From Octopus sinensis (lineage: Eukaryota): a stretch of DNA of 64,000 nt. The translations under genes and the position numbers were made by a program. The notes under the pieces were generated by a model that saw only the letters and a program-made list of their open reading frames with translations, searched no databases and was not told the DNA's origin. Below, piece by piece: positions 11,327-23,552 of this stretch (positions are counted from its first letter, which is position 1; each line of letters opens with the position of its first letter). The DNA is taken from contig NC_043002.1 in assembly GCF_006345805.1 (NCBI RefSeq), forward strand, positions 118,668,001 to 118,732,000. Reading direction: 5' to 3'.

Positions 11327-11489
11327 TACGACAGGCTTCTTTCAGTTTCCGTCTACCAAATCCACTCACAAGGCATTGGTCGGCCCGGGGCTATAGCAGA
11401 AGACACTTGCCCAAGATGCCACGCAGTGGGACTGAACCCGGAACTATGAGGTTGGTTAGCAAGCTACTTACCACACAGCCACTCCTGCG
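11081..11489 (-). mobile_element. SINE family A
   Basis: Reverse complement of the family A pattern. Confidence 0.9.
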
Positions 11490-12023
11490 TAAGGACACTT
11501 AATTCTACATTGGTTTTGTTGGAGTTATTTTTGTGACACCCGTGCACTGCATAGTTGCCAGTTGCCCTTCAGCAAGGTATAGCAGCTGTTCAGCCACCCT
11601 AACAGGGATATGGCAAAGTCAAGGGACTAGCAGAAGAGCTACACCAAACCCATTTCTTATACAATAACACCCCACCCACACCTCCTTGGAAAATAAATAT
11701 TTGTGAGCTGTATGACAACCCCTTGATAGTGCTGTTGGTACAAAATAAACCCTACCCAGTACAATGTCAGTATTTGGAAGGACACCCAGCCATAGAAACC
11801 ATGCCAAAGCCAGATACTGGCACATGATGCAGTCCTTAGATCCAGTGAACCTCACAAACCTTCCAACCCATGGAATAGTAAGAACTGGGGACGATTTGTT
11901 CGACTAAATTTCTTCAAGGTAATGCTCCAGCATGGGTGCAGTCTAATGACTGAAACAAAAGATAAATGATATTCCATCCCTTTGCCTTCACCCCTAATCT
12001 TTCTACATTTTACTATTCAAATC

Positions 12024-12309
12024 GTGGAGGCGCAATGGCCCAGTGGTTAGGGCAGCTGACTCGTGGTCGTAGGATCGCGGTTTCGATACTCAGACCGGGC
12101 ATTGTGAGTGTTTATTGAGCGATAACACCTAAAAAGCTCCACGAGGCTCCGGCAGGGGGTGGGGATCCCTGCTGTACTCTTTCACCACACTTTCTCCTAC
12201 TCTTTCTTCTTAGCCAGCGGGGTGTCGTCATTCGAAGGCTAAAACAATGCGAACTCATTGTGACCAGCGATGTGTAACAACATCTGATGGTCTGGTCAGT
12301 CACGTGATC
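12024..12309 (+). mobile_element. SINE family B, tail type 2 (B2)
   Basis: B head followed by an alternative tail ending TGGTCAGTCACGTGAT; 12-bp TSD ACTATTCAAATC (12012-23 / 12310-21). Confidence 0.85.
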
Positions 12310-12610
12310 ACTATTCAAATCATCGCAACTAAAACAGTTGCGGTCACGGAACACGGACATTTAATTATGATGATGATATATATCCAGAACCATATCCTTC
12401 AATGTGTCGTTAGACTCTAAAAACAGCGTGTGGTTTGAGAGCGATTTAGGTGCTATTTCTAGCGGACTGAGTAACTGCATAGAGGCTCATTTGTTGGTTC
12501 ACAGATTGTCAGTCAAACAACTAAATGTGATCCCTGTATCCAACATTCCAAATATGTCATGACTCAGCCTAATACAGAATTACACTATGCAATGGTTTAT
12601 GATATGGAAT

Positions 12611-13005
12611 GGATGGATGGATGGAAGCACTCCGTCGGTTACGACGACGAGGGTTCCTGTTGATCCGATCAACGGAACAGCCTGCTCGTGAAATTAACGT
12701 GTAAGTGGCTGAGCACTCCACAGACACGTGTACTCTTAACGTAGTTCTCGGGGATATTCAGCGTGACACAGAGAGTGACAAGGCCGGCCCTTTGAAATAC
12801 AAGTACAACAGAAACAGGAAGTAAGAGTGAGAGAAAGTTGTGGTGAAAGAGTAAAGCAGGGATCACCACCATCCCCTGCCGGAGCCTCGTGGAGCTTTAG
12901 GTGTTTTCGCTCAATAAGCACTCACAACGCCCGGTCTGGGAATCGAAACCGCGATCCTATGACCGCGAGTCCGCTGCCCTAACCACTGGGCCATTGCGTC
13001 TCCAC
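12611..13005 (-). mobile_element. SINE family B (tail type 1)
   Basis: Reverse complement of B; (TCCA)n tail; flanking TATGATATGGAAT duplicated. Confidence 0.88.
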
Positions 13006-13264
13006 TATGATATGATATGATATGGAATACTGTGTAACAGACTGGGCATGTTGTATTTTCTCCACTGTTCACCCTATTCTTCTAGGTGTTAGTGGTGGCC
13101 ACAGAAGGAGCAAGATCTATTTGGACAGAGTGCAACAGATGCAATTCCCATGCACTTAGTTCTCGTGGCAAGCATTCCAGCACAATGGCACTAATGATAC
13201 TGCTGATATTTGTGCATCTATGAACTATTAATGTTAGTCTAGAATGGACATATGTGACAGACCC

Positions 13265-13705
13265 TGGGTTAAATCTTCAAAGCCACAGTCGAACCAATTC
13301 TACTATATGGCTCAGAAACCTGGATGTTATCAAAGAAGCTTGAGAGGATGGAACCTACACTCGCCTCCTTATGAGAGCTCAAAATCTCTCGTGGAAGCGT
13401 CATCCAACCAAAATGCAAATATATGGGAAACTACCACCTGTGTCATCTCTTGTGAAAGGTAAGAGAGTCCAGTTTGCTGGACATTGTTGTAGAGCTGAAA
13501 AAGAGGTAATTTCTACTCTTCTCCTCTGGAAGCCATCTACTCGCAATACCAGAGGGCGCACACTCTCCTACCCTGATGTAATCTCCAGGGATACAGGCAT
13601 CCAGCAACAGGACCTCCGTAATGCCATGGTGGACCGTGAAGTCTGGCGTAGCATGGTAAATTCCATTGTCTCGACCACGGTCGAACAATGATGATGATGA
13701 TGAAT
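13265..13705 (+). mobile_element. RTE-clade LINE 3' fragment
   Basis: IFKATVEPILLYGSETWMLSKKLER, frameshift, then GTYTRLLMRAQNLSWKRHPTK...VQFAGHCCRAEKEVISTLLLWKP...DREVWRSMV...EQ*, followed by a (TGA)n tail. LLYGSETW is typical of RTE RT C-termini. Confidence 0.85.
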
Positions 13706-14075
13706 GCTTGCACCAACAAACTGCGCTCTTCACATGTTCAAGTAGTGTTTCATTTTAAATATTTTTGTTTCACTGTTTTAGCTGCGATGATCTGAAGAGT
13801 AGAATTTTGTGTTCTTTGAAGTGATGGAATATCGTTTATCTTTTTCTTGTTTCAGGCATTAGACTGAAATGGTGACAAAAATATAATTGGTTCTGGGATA
13901 GTTTTATTGCATTGGAGATTTTGGTAAAGACAACTAAACAAGTAAAGCTCCCTCAGTGAGTGACTTTCAGGATTGGGACTTTACAAATAACCATGCTTAG
14001 TGCCTGATTCCTAATCTCATCTGCTTCATTTAAATATTCATTCCTTTGTGATGAATAAATAAAATACAGAGTGTA

Positions 14076-14523
14076 GTGCCGGTGGCACGTAAAAAAACAC
14101 CATCCGAGCATCGCCATCCACCAGCCTCGTCTGGCACCTGTGTCCGTGGCACATAAAAAAACACCATCCAAGCATGGCCGTTCGCCAGCCTCGTCTGGCA
14201 CCTGTGTCCTTGGCACATAAAAAAACACCATCCGAGCGTGGCCGTCCGCCAGCCTCGTCTGGCACCTGTGTCCATGGCACATAAAAAAACACCATCCGAG
14301 CATGGCCGTTCGCCAGCCTCGTCTGGCACCAGTGTCGGTGGCACATAAAAAGCACTCACTACACTCACGGAGTGGTTGGCGTTAGGAAGAGCATCAAGCT
14401 GTAGAAACATTGCCAGATAAGACTGGAGTCTGGTGCAGCCTTCTGGCTTCCCAGATCCCCGGTCGAACCGTCCAACCCATGCTAGCATGGAGAACGGACG
14501 CTAAATGATGATGATGATGATGA
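14076..14523 (+). mobile_element. Family C retroposon, 5 hairpin units at exact 64-bp period
   Basis: Units start at 14076, 14140, 14204, 14268 and 14332; conserved body; (GAT)n tail. Confidence 0.85.
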
Positions 14524-16384
14524 TTTTACAAGTTGGCTGCAACAGGTACTCTTCAACAGCAAAAAGTACAGCATGCACCAGTTCAATTCATAATGCTAAC
14601 TGAAAAAGATAGCAAAATATTAACAACATGAATACACCATAATCACTTGCCTAACTTCACTAGCATCAAACCAAGAATGGGAGGGTTTTCTGCTACACCC
14701 TGTATCACAAGTTTCAAATCTTCTCAAGGATTTATAAAAGAGAAATAAGATTCTGACACATACTTTTCCCTAAGCACAGTACCGATATGAAAAGAAAGGA
14801 ATGATTACAACCAACACTCAAAACAAGTCAGGGAGTTCATCTTGATAGCGTTTTGACTGGATTGTGCTGTAGTAAAATATCAATACAATGAATATTAATT
14901 GATCAGAAAATAGAAACACACACAAATACACAACACTTGTTCATCACTTGTTTAGTCACCCTGTTTTGCATTACAGCAATTAGCAAAATAACTAACTAAA
15001 AACTCATGGAATCTTGAAATAAAAATCGCTAAATGTCAAAACGTAAACTACACCCCTAATATTCTCCATGATAATCCCCAGTCTATCTTTAGTTATCACA
15101 ACAGGTCATTATCAAAATTGTTTCCTTACTTATGCACAAGTATAGGGAAGAGGAAATAAGAAGCTGTGATGACATGTAACTCATATTATATTAAACATAA
15201 CATTTGCAGGGGAACAAGGAGACGAGAGGAAAATGTCATAAGAATTTGTTCATTTATTTTTCTAAGGAAAAAAATTGGTCAAATGTGAAACCTTAGAGAC
15301 CATATTTATAAAACATCCAGTTATCTAGAAATTTTGTTGGCTCTCAACATATAAGAAGGCTATTTTCACAAACAACTTTATGTTCTTCATGTTTGTGTGC
15401 TGTTTCTGTTTCACTTCCAAGTCTGGCGTTTGTCAGTGTTTGTTGCTTTACTTGTTCTAGATGACTTGCTTAATAACAGCATTCAATGAAAATGTCAGAA
15501 TTATTAAATAAACTGTAAGCTTTACATCATTGACGAAATACAGCTATGCTTCAAGCCTCCACCTCAGTTGCTGCAGAATACTTCCTAGCAGTCAAAATAA
15601 TTAGTCTATTAACAACATTTCAAGAGACACTTAATGAAGAGCAAATTTGTCCCATATTTGAAATATAAAAAAAAAAGGAGCCAAAAAAAAAAAAAAAAGA
15701 ATCACATGCAAAGTCCCAAAGTATCAATGCTTTAAGGAAAATAAGAATTTAATTACTGACAGCCTAAAAATTGATGTAAAATTTCAGCTATCAAAATGTA
15801 ATATTAGTATAAGAAGTTGTTATTTGAGGCCAGCTATGTTCCAGTGACATACAATTAAACTAACTAACCTAAAATAACTTTGACACTAACTTTCAGTGAT
15901 CACAATAAAACAACTGATATTAATATCAATGAAAATTACACTTGAATTCAATTTACAAGGTATTTTTACCTGTCAAACAATAGTTTGCTAGTTGTTTTCC
16001 CATCACTGGTGCTGTGTCATACCCACAGCATAGACATATAAATCTCAATGACCCAGTCTGGTTTATAATTTCTTAACATCCAGAGCTGAGCTGAAATCTT
16101 TTTCCATGGGTGTAAGAGAATGCGATGAGAAACTACTATGGTGTACTCTTCTTTGTGAAATGTTGGAGTCAATGATGCTCTAGTGACCTAATAGCTTACA
16201 GGAAGCTACTAATAAGTAAATAGCATACTGTTTGGAGTGGTAAACAAAAAATACATAACTTATGCCTTGGCCTGGAAATTTACCATGTATTTGATCCACA
16301 TTTTGACAATTATTGAAGTTGTTTAAAATTAGTTGAACTGTAGTTTTAACCATGTTCTTGTATTTTTCACTGCAATGTTTAGAC

Positions 16385-16693
16385 CAGTGGTTCTCAACCA
16401 GGGTCCATATAAGACCTTTGGGAACCCACACAACAAAATAGTAAATTGAGGACCAACAATAGTATTTCAAGGGCCCTGAAAAAATTTTGCTTTTGATGTA
16501 TGTATTGCAAGAAACAGCTAGGTTTCTTTCTCTAGCATATTACATAGTTCAACCCACACAAATTAATGTGTGAAAAACATTAATAAATAACATTCTATAA
16601 AACTAGTTTTAAAACCTTGAATGGTGATAGGTGTCCACCAGAATAAAATAGCAATCAAAGGAGTCCATAGATTAAAATGGTTGAGAACCCCTG
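16385..16693. mobile_element. hAT (Charlie/Buster-like) MITE
   Basis: TIRs CAGTGGTTCTCAACC / GGTTGAGAACCCCTG; 8-bp TSD GTTTAGAC / GTTTAGAT with central TA. Confidence 0.88.
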
Positions 16694-16943
16694 GTTTAGA
16701 TAATTTCATTTTTGTGTAAAACACTGAAAGAAAATATTGCATGTGGTACCTTAGTATGGGTCATATCCAACTTATGAGAACCAGTTAAAGAATAAAAGAA
16801 GGGTACTATACCTGCCCTCATACATCAGTGAACTTAATATCACAATACAAAAATAAAGCATTACTAGATGGACTCTTAACGTCAATTCTTTTTCAACATT
16901 CATAGATTACTTCAGATGTAACTTTAACACACATTTTACTTAC

Positions 16944-17061
16944 CAAGTGTGTGCAACTTAGTGAAGTTTATCCTTAGATTGGTAAGTTTCAAGAGATCCT
17001 GTACTTCTGAGCTGTATGGGTTACCAATGCTAATCGATGTGGGCAAAACTTGAAAGACTAC
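16944..17061 (-). CDS. LAMB1: Laminin subunit beta, internal coding exon (118 nt, phase 0 to phase 1), LN domain continuation
   Basis: Acceptor tcatttcag|GTAGTC and donor CTTG|gtaagt. Encodes VVFQVLPTSISIGNPYSSEVQDLLKLTNLRINFTKLHTLG, matching laminin beta DPYS...LLKxTNLRIxFxKLHTLG. In frame with the upstream exon ending STRGE. Confidence 0.95.
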
Positions 17062-17465
17062 CTGAAATGAGAAATCAGTATATTTAACCATTAACAAATA
17101 GAATATATTTTGTACCATAATTTACATGGCAAACATTCTTTTTTTTTTTGTTCAATTTATTCAAAAGACTTATTTCTTTATATCTTAACATACTGGTAAT
17201 ATTACCTGTTTTAGTACATATAACTGGGAAAAAAGTACTGTTTCAATTTTATGATAATGGTTTCTAATATTGAAATTTGCAGATATGGTAGCATGGTAAA
17301 AGTATATATTAGTGACAGAGGTAGTATTACTACCAAGAGATAATGTTTATCCCTGGTGGTCTCAGGTTTATCTTGCCACTAGTGATATAAACAAGAGTGT
17401 ATTTTGCACCAAAAGCCAATATGAGAATTTATCTCATGGTATCTACCGCAGTATAGTTTGTTCTA

Positions 17466-17825
17466 GTTGGAGGCGCAATGGCCCAGTGGTTAGGGCAGCG
17501 AACTCGCGGTCATAGGATCGTGGTTTCGATTCCCAGACCGGGCGTTGTGAGTGCTTATTGAGCGAAAACACCTAAAGCTCCATGAGGCTCCGGCAGGGGA
17601 TGGTGGTGATCCCTGCTGTACTCTTTCACCACGACTTTCTCTCACTCTTACTTCCTGTTTCTGTTGTACCTGTATTTCAAGGGGCCGGCCTTGTCACTCT
17701 CTGTGTCACGCTGAATATCCCCGAGAACTACGTTAAGGGTGCACGTTAATTTCACGAGCAGGCTGTTCCGGTGATTCGGATCAACCGGAACCCTCATCGT
17801 CGTAACCGACGGAGTGCTTCCATCC
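17466..17825 (+). mobile_element. SINE family B (tail type 1, internal deletion of about 30 nt)
   Basis: 11-bp TSD AGTTTGTTCTA (17455-65 / 17826-36). Confidence 0.88.
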
Positions 17826-18738
17826 AGTTTGTTCTAACAGAACATTCATGCTTAAGTGGGGATAAATATTACATCATGGTAAAGCAGACTAAGAGAAGGT
17901 AAAATGAAAATATTCTTGAACTTCACTACTTGGTATTTAACACTTTAGCCATATCAAGCCCAAATATGCTATCTGTTTTATGTTCAAACCAGCCAGATCC
18001 GGCTTCTCACACTTAACCAACATCATCATTCTAAAAATAAAACAACCACAGCAACAGAATTTCGAAACTACGAGAAAATGCATGATTTATTGAAAACAAT
18101 GTGAATAAAAAAAGCATTACTTTTGACAGGGGAATCTGAATGCTAAAAACAATAACTATACTAAAAACAATAACTATAAGATAGTAAATAAATAATCACA
18201 AGATGTGTCCAACAAATCTCTGACTAATCATTTTTCTCTTATACCTCATATAACAAAAATAGAAAAAGAAAACAACCAACAAAGAGAAAAACTGGTGAAA
18301 ATTCATGTCAAGGGTTCCTAGGGTGTGACTTTCCACCCTGAGTGGACATTTCATATGATATATGTACCCCGACTTGGTAATATTGCACCAAGCTTTATTT
18401 CAGTCAGTCACGATTTTAAAAATTCATATTAACACTTTACATTTAAACTGACCATATGAGGTGCAAATATTCTACCTGTTTTATATTCAAATCGACCAGA
18501 TGCAGCCTCTCACACCTACCCTACAATGTCATTCTAAAAATAGACAGTCCCATCAAAATCTTGAAGCTTTGAGAAAATACCTGATTAATTCAAAACAAGG
18601 TGAATAAATAAGCATTACATTTGAGAGAGTAATCTAAATGCTGACAGGTATGTGCATATATATATATAGGCACCTTGAGCAATTGTCTTCTATTATAGCC
18701 TCAGGCCAATCAAAACCTTAAGTGGATTTGGAAGACAG

Positions 18739-19057
18739 TCATCATCATCATCATCATCGTTTAGCGTCCGTTCTCCATGCTAGCATGGGTTGGACGGTTC
18801 GACTGGGGATCTGGGAAGCCAGGGGCTGCACCAGGCTCCAGTCTTATCTGGCAATGTTTCTACAGCTGGATACACTTCCTAACGCCAACCACTCTGTGAG
18901 TGTAGTGGGTGCTTTTTACGTGCCACCGGCACAGGTGCCAGGGGGGTCTGGCAAACGGCCACAATCGGATGATGCTTTTTATGTGCCACAGGCACAGGGG
19001 CCAGGCGAGGCTGGCAACGGCAACGATCGGATGGTGCTTTTTACATGCCACCGACAC
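18739..19057 (-). mobile_element. Family C retroposon, 3 units
   Basis: (CAT)n start on the plus strand, conserved body, three GTGCC..GGCAC-type units; lies inside a degraded family A copy. Confidence 0.8.
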
Positions 19058-19582
19058 GTAACTGAAACAAATCTGTGTGCGTGTGTGTGTGTGTGTGTGT
19101 GCATGTATATGTCCATCAGTGCTTGACAAGCAGTGTTGGTGTGTTTACATCCCTATAACTTTGAAGTTCAGCAACAGAGACCAATAGAATAAGTACTAAG
19201 CTTTAAAAAAATAAGTGCTGGGAGTCAATCCATTTCAGCTAAAATTCTTCAAGGTAGTGCCCCAGCATGGTCGCAGTCTTATGACAGAGACAAGTAAAAG
19301 AATAAAAGAATACATGTGTGCGTGCACACACACACACACAGAGAATAAGATTTCAGATTCTGGGTACAAAGAAAGCTGATGACTTCCACTGACAGAAAGT
19401 CACAAACTTGTAAGAGGGGAGTATAATTTATTGAATCAACAGACTGAAGGATGAAAAGCAAAGTTAACTCTAGCAAGATTTGAATTTAATACAAAGACAA
19501 AACAAAACTATTTTTGCCACTGTTCTGTTTCTGCCACTCAATTAGTCAGTATATGAAAAGAAAGTAACAGAAAACAACCCTA

Positions 19583-20034
19583 CATCATCATCATCGTTTA
19601 ACATCCGTTTTCTGCGCTAGCACGGGTTGGAAGGTTCGACCGGGGTCTGGGAAGCCAGGGCTGCACCAGGCTCCAGTCTGATCTGGTAGTGTTTCTACAG
19701 CTGGATGCCCTTCCTAACGCCAACCACTCCGCGAGTGTAGTGGGTGCTTTTTACGTGCCACCTGCACAGGTGCCAGGGGGGTCTGGCATCGGCCATGATC
19801 AGTTGGTGCTTTTAACGTGCTACCGGCACGGAAGCCAGCCAAGGCGGCGCTGGCATCGGCCACATTCAGATGGTGCTTTTTATGTGCCACCGGCACAGAA
19901 GCCAGTCGAGGCGGCGCTGGCATCGGCCACGTTCGGATGGTGCTTTTTATGTGCCACCGACACAGAAGCCAGTCGAGGCGGCGCTGGCATCGGCCACGTT
20001 CGGATGGTGCTTTTTATGTGCCACCGGCACAGGT
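19583..20034 (-). mobile_element. Family C retroposon, 5 units (62-67 bp period)
   Basis: Hairpin motifs at 19755, 19817, 19884, 19951 and 20018. Confidence 0.85.
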
Positions 20035-20499
20035 ATCACAACTACATGGAAAATTAAAATTCAAAAGAAAAGTGGTTAGGAAAATGTACATCTGGAAGGA
20101 GAGAAGAAATTACCAGAATTTCAATGAAAAGGTGGGACATGGTTAATGAATAAAAAGACAACAGACAAATCCACTGGAAAAGAAATGGCGTCAAATTGGA
20201 TAAGATGTACTTTTACCTAATACAACTTTCATATAATTAAGTTATTAAATCAAATGATTTTTACCAAAATTGAGTAAAATGTTTTTTTAATATATCTTCA
20301 TTATATGCTCTCTTTTCACTCTATATCCTATGTAAAATTGAAGCACTGCACTTCTTTGTTCCATAACTAATTCATCACCCATCCATCTATAATTTTCTTA
20401 CTCATTTTTCACATCCAGCCCTTTCTTACTCTTCCATCATACCATGTTTTTCATCTTAATAAGACTGAGGAAAACTTCTAGTTGCTCCTTCACAGAAAG

Positions 20500-21352
20500 T
20501 GGTGGGAAAGAATTCGCAATATGAACAACTGACAGATATGCAATTAGCATAATTCCACACATCAATGATCTGTAGATATTGTAACAGTGCACAGATGGTG
20601 GTTATGTTTTCTTTCATATCTGGTTTGAAAATTCTGTAGATCTTATCTCAAAGTAGCATCCTGCTACCTCCAGAAGGAGCTGTCCAGAACAAGTCATTGC
20701 CCAATATTACACATTTGAAGAGAGGGGTATATTTAAATGAATGAAGGCAAGCTGGCAGAAACGTTAGCACACCGGGCGAAATGCGTAGCCGTATTTCGTT
20801 TGTCGTTACGTTGTGAGTTCAAATTCCGCCGAGGTCAACTTTGCTTTTCATCCTTTCGGGGTCGATAAATTAAGTACCAGTTACGCACTGGGTCGATGTA
20901 ATCGACTTAATACCTATGTCTGTCCTTGTTTGTCCCCTCTATGTTTAGCCCTTTGTGGGTAATAAAGAAACAGGTATATTTAAATGAATGAACTCTAGTA
21001 CTAGACTGGAGTTTATTTCATCAACACCAGAAAGATAAAATCAAAGTTAACATCAACAGGTTTTGAACTCAGAATGTAAAGTGATTGAAACAATGTTGTA
21101 CAATGCTTCTAGGACTGTAATCCAAATAACACCTCAAATGTGTAACATTGGGTGATGACTTGTTCTGGACAGTTACTCCTGGAGGTAGCAGGATGCTACT
21201 TTGAGACAAGATCCACATAACTTTCAAACCAAATATGAAAGAAAACATAACCACCATGTGTGCACTGGTACAATACCGACAGATCATTGATTTGTGGAAT
21301 TAGGTTGATTGCATATCTGTCAGCTGATCATATTGCAAATTCTTCCCCACCA
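20500..21352. repeat. Foldback: arms of about 220 nt (20500-20718 vs 21133-21352)
   Basis: CTCAAAGTAGCATCCTGCTACCTCCAG and GGTGGTTATGTTTTCTTTCATAT in the left arm are reverse complements of sequence in the right arm. Confidence 0.85.
20746..20972 (+). mobile_element. tRNA-derived SINE family D
   Basis: Head GGCAAGCTGGCAGAAACGTTAGC, B-box-like GAGTTCAAATTCC, core CTTTTCATCCTTTCGGGGTCGATAAA; 20-bp TSD GGTATATTTAAATGAATGAA (20726-45 / 20973-92). Confidence 0.88.
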
Positions 21353-21606
21353 AGACCAGAAGTTTGGAGGCTGAGGATCAGCCAATTATACTGACCTCAG
21401 TATTTGGCTGATACTTATTTTATTAATCCTGGAAAAATTTAAGGCAAACCAGATCTTGACAGGATTTGAACTCGGACTGTAAACAGCCAGAACAAATATC
21501 ATAAGGTATTTTGTCCAATACTCTGATTCCTAGCAGAAAGCATGAAACCACAAATTTGGGATGAGGTGTTAACACTTGATTGATATTGTATGTCAAGTTC
21601 CCTTAA

Positions 21607-21791
21607 CCCTTTTGTTACTAAACCAGCTCTGGCTCAGTGGTAAAATGTCTTATTTTCATAAGTTTTGAATTAAAATATTCCACCAAACTTTAGTCACAAT
21701 TTATGTTCCCAACACTAGCTTAATGATAACTAAGTTATTTTACAAAATTCTTTTGTTATATTTAAAATGATTGAAAGAAACACAGAGCACC
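21607..21791 (+). mobile_element. piggyBac-type MITE F, 3'-truncated
   Basis: TTAA+CCCTTTTGTTAC start; right TIR missing. Confidence 0.75.
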
Positions 21792-22508
21792 TCAGGGATC
21801 TGAATTTAGATAGAGAGGGACATAACTAAATACTGCATGGCATTTTACCCAACATTCCACTAACTGCTAAACAGGAAAAAAACCCATTTAAGTATGTCAA
21901 ATATTTAGCTCAGTGAAAAGGGTGAAGACATGGAAGGAGAAAAGAGAACGAAAAGCAAGATGATCCCAAGAGATAAACATAGATATATAAGAAAAACAAC
22001 CCCACCTACTCCTGCCCATACTCTACCGCCACTGTGCCTAACCACTCCCCACTTTAAATAAAATAATCAAAAAGGAAAGAAAATGATTTCCTAAGAAAAG
22101 AGATTAACGAATTCTAAGAAAAATATAAGAAAATAACATCAGAGTCCGTCAGCAATTAGATGGTAGCACTTGTATATAATGAAGAGGCTGACTCAAAAGG
22201 GAAACAGTACCATCTGCTAGAGAAAGGGAATAGGATTTCATTACACATCAGTTACTAACTGTTTATCATTTCCTTCTTATTCAGAGTTAGCTTCCTCTTC
22301 AACAGCTAATGGCTTAAAATGGCTCACAGATCAAACATAAAAGGAATACATTTCCTTTAGCAGATTCTTTTGTTCTAAAACTAACAGGCTAGTTCACCCC
22401 CCCCCTCTCCAACTACCAACTACACCTGTTCACTCTCTTATTTTTTTCTTTGAAATATTTACTTCTTTTCTTACATATATGCTTTTCAATTTTTCAAAAA
22501 AAATTTAA

Positions 22509-22680
22509 CTCTTTTGGTACCATGTCTTCTAAATAAAAATGTTCCATTGAAATTCCATACTAATTTATGTTCCAAACAACAGGTTATTAGTGACAAAGTT
22601 ATTTTCCTAAATTCTTCATTATTTTCAAAATAAGTGAAACAAAAAGATTCAAATTGGACAGAAATCTGGTAACGAAAGGG
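22509..22680 (+). mobile_element. Diverged F-related TTAA MITE
   Basis: TTAA CTCTTTTGGTAC ... GTAACGAAAGGG TTAA. Confidence 0.65.
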
Positions 22681-22712
22681 TTAAGAGAAATCATTTCAAT
22701 TCATTTCAATAA

Positions 22713-23109
22713 CTCTTTACTCTTTTACTTGTTTCAGTCATTTGACTGCGGCCATGCTGGAGCACCGCCATTAGTCGAGCAAATCGACCCCGGGACTTAT
22801 TCTTTGTAAGCCCAGTACTTATTCTATCAGTTTCTTTTGCCGAACTGCTAAGTGACGGGGACGTAAACACACCAGCATCGGTTGTCAAGCAATGCTAGGG
22901 GGACAAACACAAACACACACACACACACACACATATACATATATACGACAGGCTTCTTTCAGTTTCCGTCTACCAAATCCACTCACAAGGCATTGGTCGG
23001 CCCGGGGCTATAGCAGAAGACACTTGCCCAAGATGCCACGCAGTGGGACTGAACCCGGAACCATGTGGTTGGTAAGCAAGCTACTTACCACACAGCCACT
23101 CCTGCGCCT
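22713..23109 (-). mobile_element. SINE family A
   Basis: Full-length reverse-complement copy. Confidence 0.9.
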
Positions 23110-23552
23110 AACCTGTATTGTCTTCATTATGCCATTTTTAAAAATACGTATTTTCCACCACAAATATTCTTTTATTCTTTTACTTGTTTCATTCATTTGA
23201 CTGCAGCCATGCTGGAGCACCACTTTTAGTCGAACAAATCAACCCCAGGCAGCAATTAAATCATTGCTGCCATAAATCATTTCCAAAATTACCATAAGAC
23301 CACAAATTCACTGGTACTTTGGGAATTCTTCCAGCCACCATTTTGATAATTGCTTCTCATTTAGGCACAAAGCCAGTGATTTTAAGAGGTGGGGATTAGT
23401 CAATACCCTCAACACCAGTATTTGACTAACACTTCATTTTCTGAACCCCACAGAAACGAAAGGCAAAGATGACCCAGGCAGTATTTGAACTCAGAATATA
23501 GGGCAAGGCAACTAAGTAGCACGTCACTCTTGTCTTACACTAACAATTCTGA

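Noticed and set aside
11257-11502. Recurrent ORFs such as MSSNARG...RQASFSFRLPNPLTRHWSARG and MLIERKHLKLHEAPAG
   Set aside because: Translations of SINE A/B copies with variable frames and stops; no coding signature.
14076-14400. Regularly spaced palindromic repeats resembling a CRISPR array
   Set aside because: The 'spacers' are near-identical to each other, the array is part of a dispersed (GAT)n-tailed element, the context is eukaryotic, and there are no cas genes.
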